NCBI GenBank assembly: GCA_010909165.1
Contig: MU008165.1
Coordinates: forward strand, 1,240,001-1,304,000
Origin: Anthoceros angustus
Taxonomy: Eukaryota > Plantae > Anthocerotophyta
DNA length: 64,000 nucleotides
Reading direction: 5' to 3'
Position 1 is the first letter of the stretch; each line of letters starts with the position of its first letter. Shown here in pieces: positions 61,401-64,000 of this stretch. Both the position numbers and the translations under genes were made by a program. The notes under the pieces were generated by a model. The model did no database searches. It had not been told where the DNA came from and worked only from the letters and a program-made list of their open reading frames with translations.

Positions 61401-64000
61401 TCATTCCTGGGCATGCTCATCTTTCACAGCCTCGTGCGTGTTCGATGTTGAGGAGGTCTGTGCGCCATCAGCTTGTGCGCTATGGGCAGCACCACCTTGT
61501 GCACCTTCTGCAGCCATGGGTGATGTAATCTGATGGTCAGTGACCTCCAGAAAGACAAACATTAGAGGTCCACCTTAGCATATCTAGATGAATACCTGAT
61601 TGACCTTGGTTCCGAACACCTGTTGAGATCACCCGCCCTCTACCAGGTCCAGTGCCCCTCTGTTCGCCATAAAGGACAAAACATTTCAATGAAATTGCCA
61701 CAGATATCTTTAACACCGATGTACTTACAATTTGGTCTAGCAAAACTGGCCTAGTTGATAAGCAGCTGGTGTTGCACGAGCTATGGGTATACCTTGCTGC
61801 CACGTCCACGACCACCTGGTGGCCCTGGTGACGGAGGTGAAACATTTTGCTTTCTCCGAATCTCGGCCCTCTGTCTTGCGCGCTCTGCAAGGTTTATGGT
61901 TGTACTACCCCCCCTTGGGGCTTGCCTTGCTTGTCTTTGCAAATCCGTCTGCTCTCCTGACAAGGACACCTGGCCTGCTTCCGAGGCCACAGGCAGAGCA
62001 GAGGCCGGGTTTGGGACTTTACCAGTGGTGTCTGCAATCACCGGGACGTTTGCAGCTTCACTCCCTGAAGGTACATCCCCATCTCCAGTTTCTCGTCCCC
62101 CAGAAACCAAGCCAGTTTCCTGCTGTGCTGCATGAGAACCCTCGGCTATCCCCTCTGCATCAGTCATCAACTCCCCATCTTCTGTATCTTCATCTCTGTC
62201 AGCACCTCCTTCTTTCTCTGCATCTTGGTTCACATATGCACCAGCCTCTAATAATGCAGCCTTGCCTTCCAGTAATGCACTTTCTTCAAGATCTCTATCT
62301 TGAGGTTTGGAAGATGGCTCTGCAGTTAGAGCAACAATCAACTGAAGGTCACCTCCAGCACCCGTAGGTTCGACATAGCTCACGCTCGCTCCTGTGTCTG
62401 TAGAGGTAACATTAACAGGATGCACAGCTGGTAACAGTGTACCTATCTGAACTTCATCAGGCTGAATATCTTTCATCGGCACATCCAACACCAGTTCCTG
62501 ACTGCCTCCATGAGGACTTCCATTTCTGCCAGGCGTTTGATTTCCTTTTTCCACACCATTGTCTATTTCAGCAGGAACGACAGCATCCAGACCTGCATCA
62601 GGTTTTGCATATTCTCCCTCTCCTGACACTGCCCAAACATGTTCCTCAGTGATTGCTGGTATCGGCTCTGCCAAAGGGCGAGCCTGATTGCCATCACCCT
62701 CTCCAGTTGCCACTAGCTGCCGCCATACAGTGCGCTGTTTCTTAAGGACAGGAATGTCCCCCATGTCAGACACAGGCCTGTCTCTCTCCACCTCAGTACT
62801 GCTCTCTATCTGGATGCTCTCAGTCATTGTGACACTGAAATTATTGGACTCCACCAGGGGATCTGACATGGTTGGCACTGCCTCTACCGAAAGAAGTTGA
62901 ACCATATCCTCCCTGACACTCTGCAATACTTCCTCCCGACTGCCACTTGTAGTACAAGGGACCTCTGAGTAGGTAGAGGGAAGCTCCATTGCTTCATCAG
63001 GCCTTGCCCTCTTAGATGCAGGCACTGTTTCCGCAGGCATGCCATATTCATCCAACATGCCACTCTGTGGAACTGCATCAGCCATCGACGCAGTTCGCTT
63101 GCGTGCTACAGATGGTCCCACTCCCAGCAGTTGAGATGCCACAGTTGTTTCATCAACAGCTGAGGGCTCTAGAACTGAATCAGCACCAGCATTATCTGAA
63201 CCTACCAGAGGCGGCTCTGATGCATCTTGAACACTAATGGCAGCCCTCCTGTCTGGACTATCAGTATCCATTTCTGCTGTCTCAAGTTGCCCTTCTGTCA
63301 CCAACTCAGGCTGTTCAACCTGAACTTCAGGTTCTATTCTTGGCCGCACTAGCTTGCGTGTCATCTTGCGAGCTTGGGCTTGTGCCTTCTGCACCAGCTT
63401 AAACAAAGAATTTCAGGAAATGTCAAGATATAGGTTCAGATTATATGTAAGAAACCTGGACTGTCCTAAGAATAATGTAAGAACTATCATCAATTTCAAA
63501 TGCAGACTGCGCAGATTAACTTTACATGACCAACCTCTTTCTCTAGCAGATGAGCACGCAGCTGCTGTATCCTCAGGTCCAAGTCTTCCTTACTCTGGCC
63601 AGCTGGTGGGGGAGCTGGAGCATTAGACCCAGCACCCCGGCCAGCAGATCTTGGAGGGTGTACAAACTGCTTTGCACTTGGACGCGAAGCAGATACAACT
63701 GGGATTACACCAGCAGACACTAATGGTGAAGACGGTATGGCTGAAATAGCTGTTGAGACACCAGAACTCGGCAAGGATGTCTCTGAGAGTAGTGGCTGAG
63801 ACTCAGCATGCACGATGCTAATGGGAGCTGCAGAAATACCGGCATCAGCCTCTCCAAGAATTGGAAAGTTAAAGGATGCAAGCTCTACAGCTGCCCCAAC
63901 TTCTCCTTGAATTACAGGAGCACCAGAAGGTAAAGAAGTCGCAGCTGCAGTTGCTATTGGCTCAGCTGTTATAGCTGCTACAGCACTTGCAGGTGGTGCT
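61401..64000 (-). CDS. NUA: Nuclear pore anchor NUA/TPR, 3' part (gene continues beyond the window)
   Basis: TRKLVRPRIEP, RKR, PASKRARP, an acidic disordered tail and GSTTINLAERARQRAEIRR...GRGRG resemble the plant NUA C-terminus as recalled; last exon ends ...DEHAQE* at 61401. Confidence 0.75.

Noticed and set aside
61258-63813. Plus-strand ORFs opposite NUA
   Set aside because: Antisense shadows of a low-complexity coding region.
1-64000. rRNA, tRNA or other structured ncRNA genes
   Set aside because: None recognised by eye; the tRNA-iMet matches are retroelement primer-binding sites, not tRNA genes. tRNAscan-SE or Infernal would be needed to exclude them formally.

Overview
Eukaryotic nuclear DNA from a compact, gene-dense plant genome: short GT-AG introns, GC-rich exons and plant-type chromovirus LTR elements. 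A non-seed plant, plausibly a bryophyte such as a hornwort, is inferred (not proven) from a spliced cobalamin-trafficking CblD/MMADHC gene. Gene order: SRR1-like (+), intronless DUF829 (+) only 86 bp upstream of an intronless CLD1-like alpha/beta hydrolase (+), plastid TypA/BipA (-) head-to-head with KDO transferase KDTA (+), an AT-hook/coiled-coil protein (+), CblD/MMADHC (-), a 2-TM orphan ORF (-), an EamA transporter (-), NOT2 (-), a scrambled ferric reduction oxidase (FRO) cluster (32-42.8 kb), TFIIIC Tau95 (-), a block of inverted-repeat elements (45.6-49.7 kb), a Ty3/Gypsy chromovirus with both LTRs and TSD but no RT/RNase H (carrying a nested CACTA-like insertion), a double hairpin, a 1.4-kb TRIM-like element encoding only a chromodomain, a second SRR1-like gene (-) and the 3' part of NUA/TPR (-). 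Best leads: a candidate bicistronic DUF829-CLD1 locus with an AUG-packed spacer, the B12-trafficking gene, and the two non-canonical LTR elements. The FRO mosaic is probably at least partly an assembly artefact. All family assignments come from motif recognition by eye; no searches were run.
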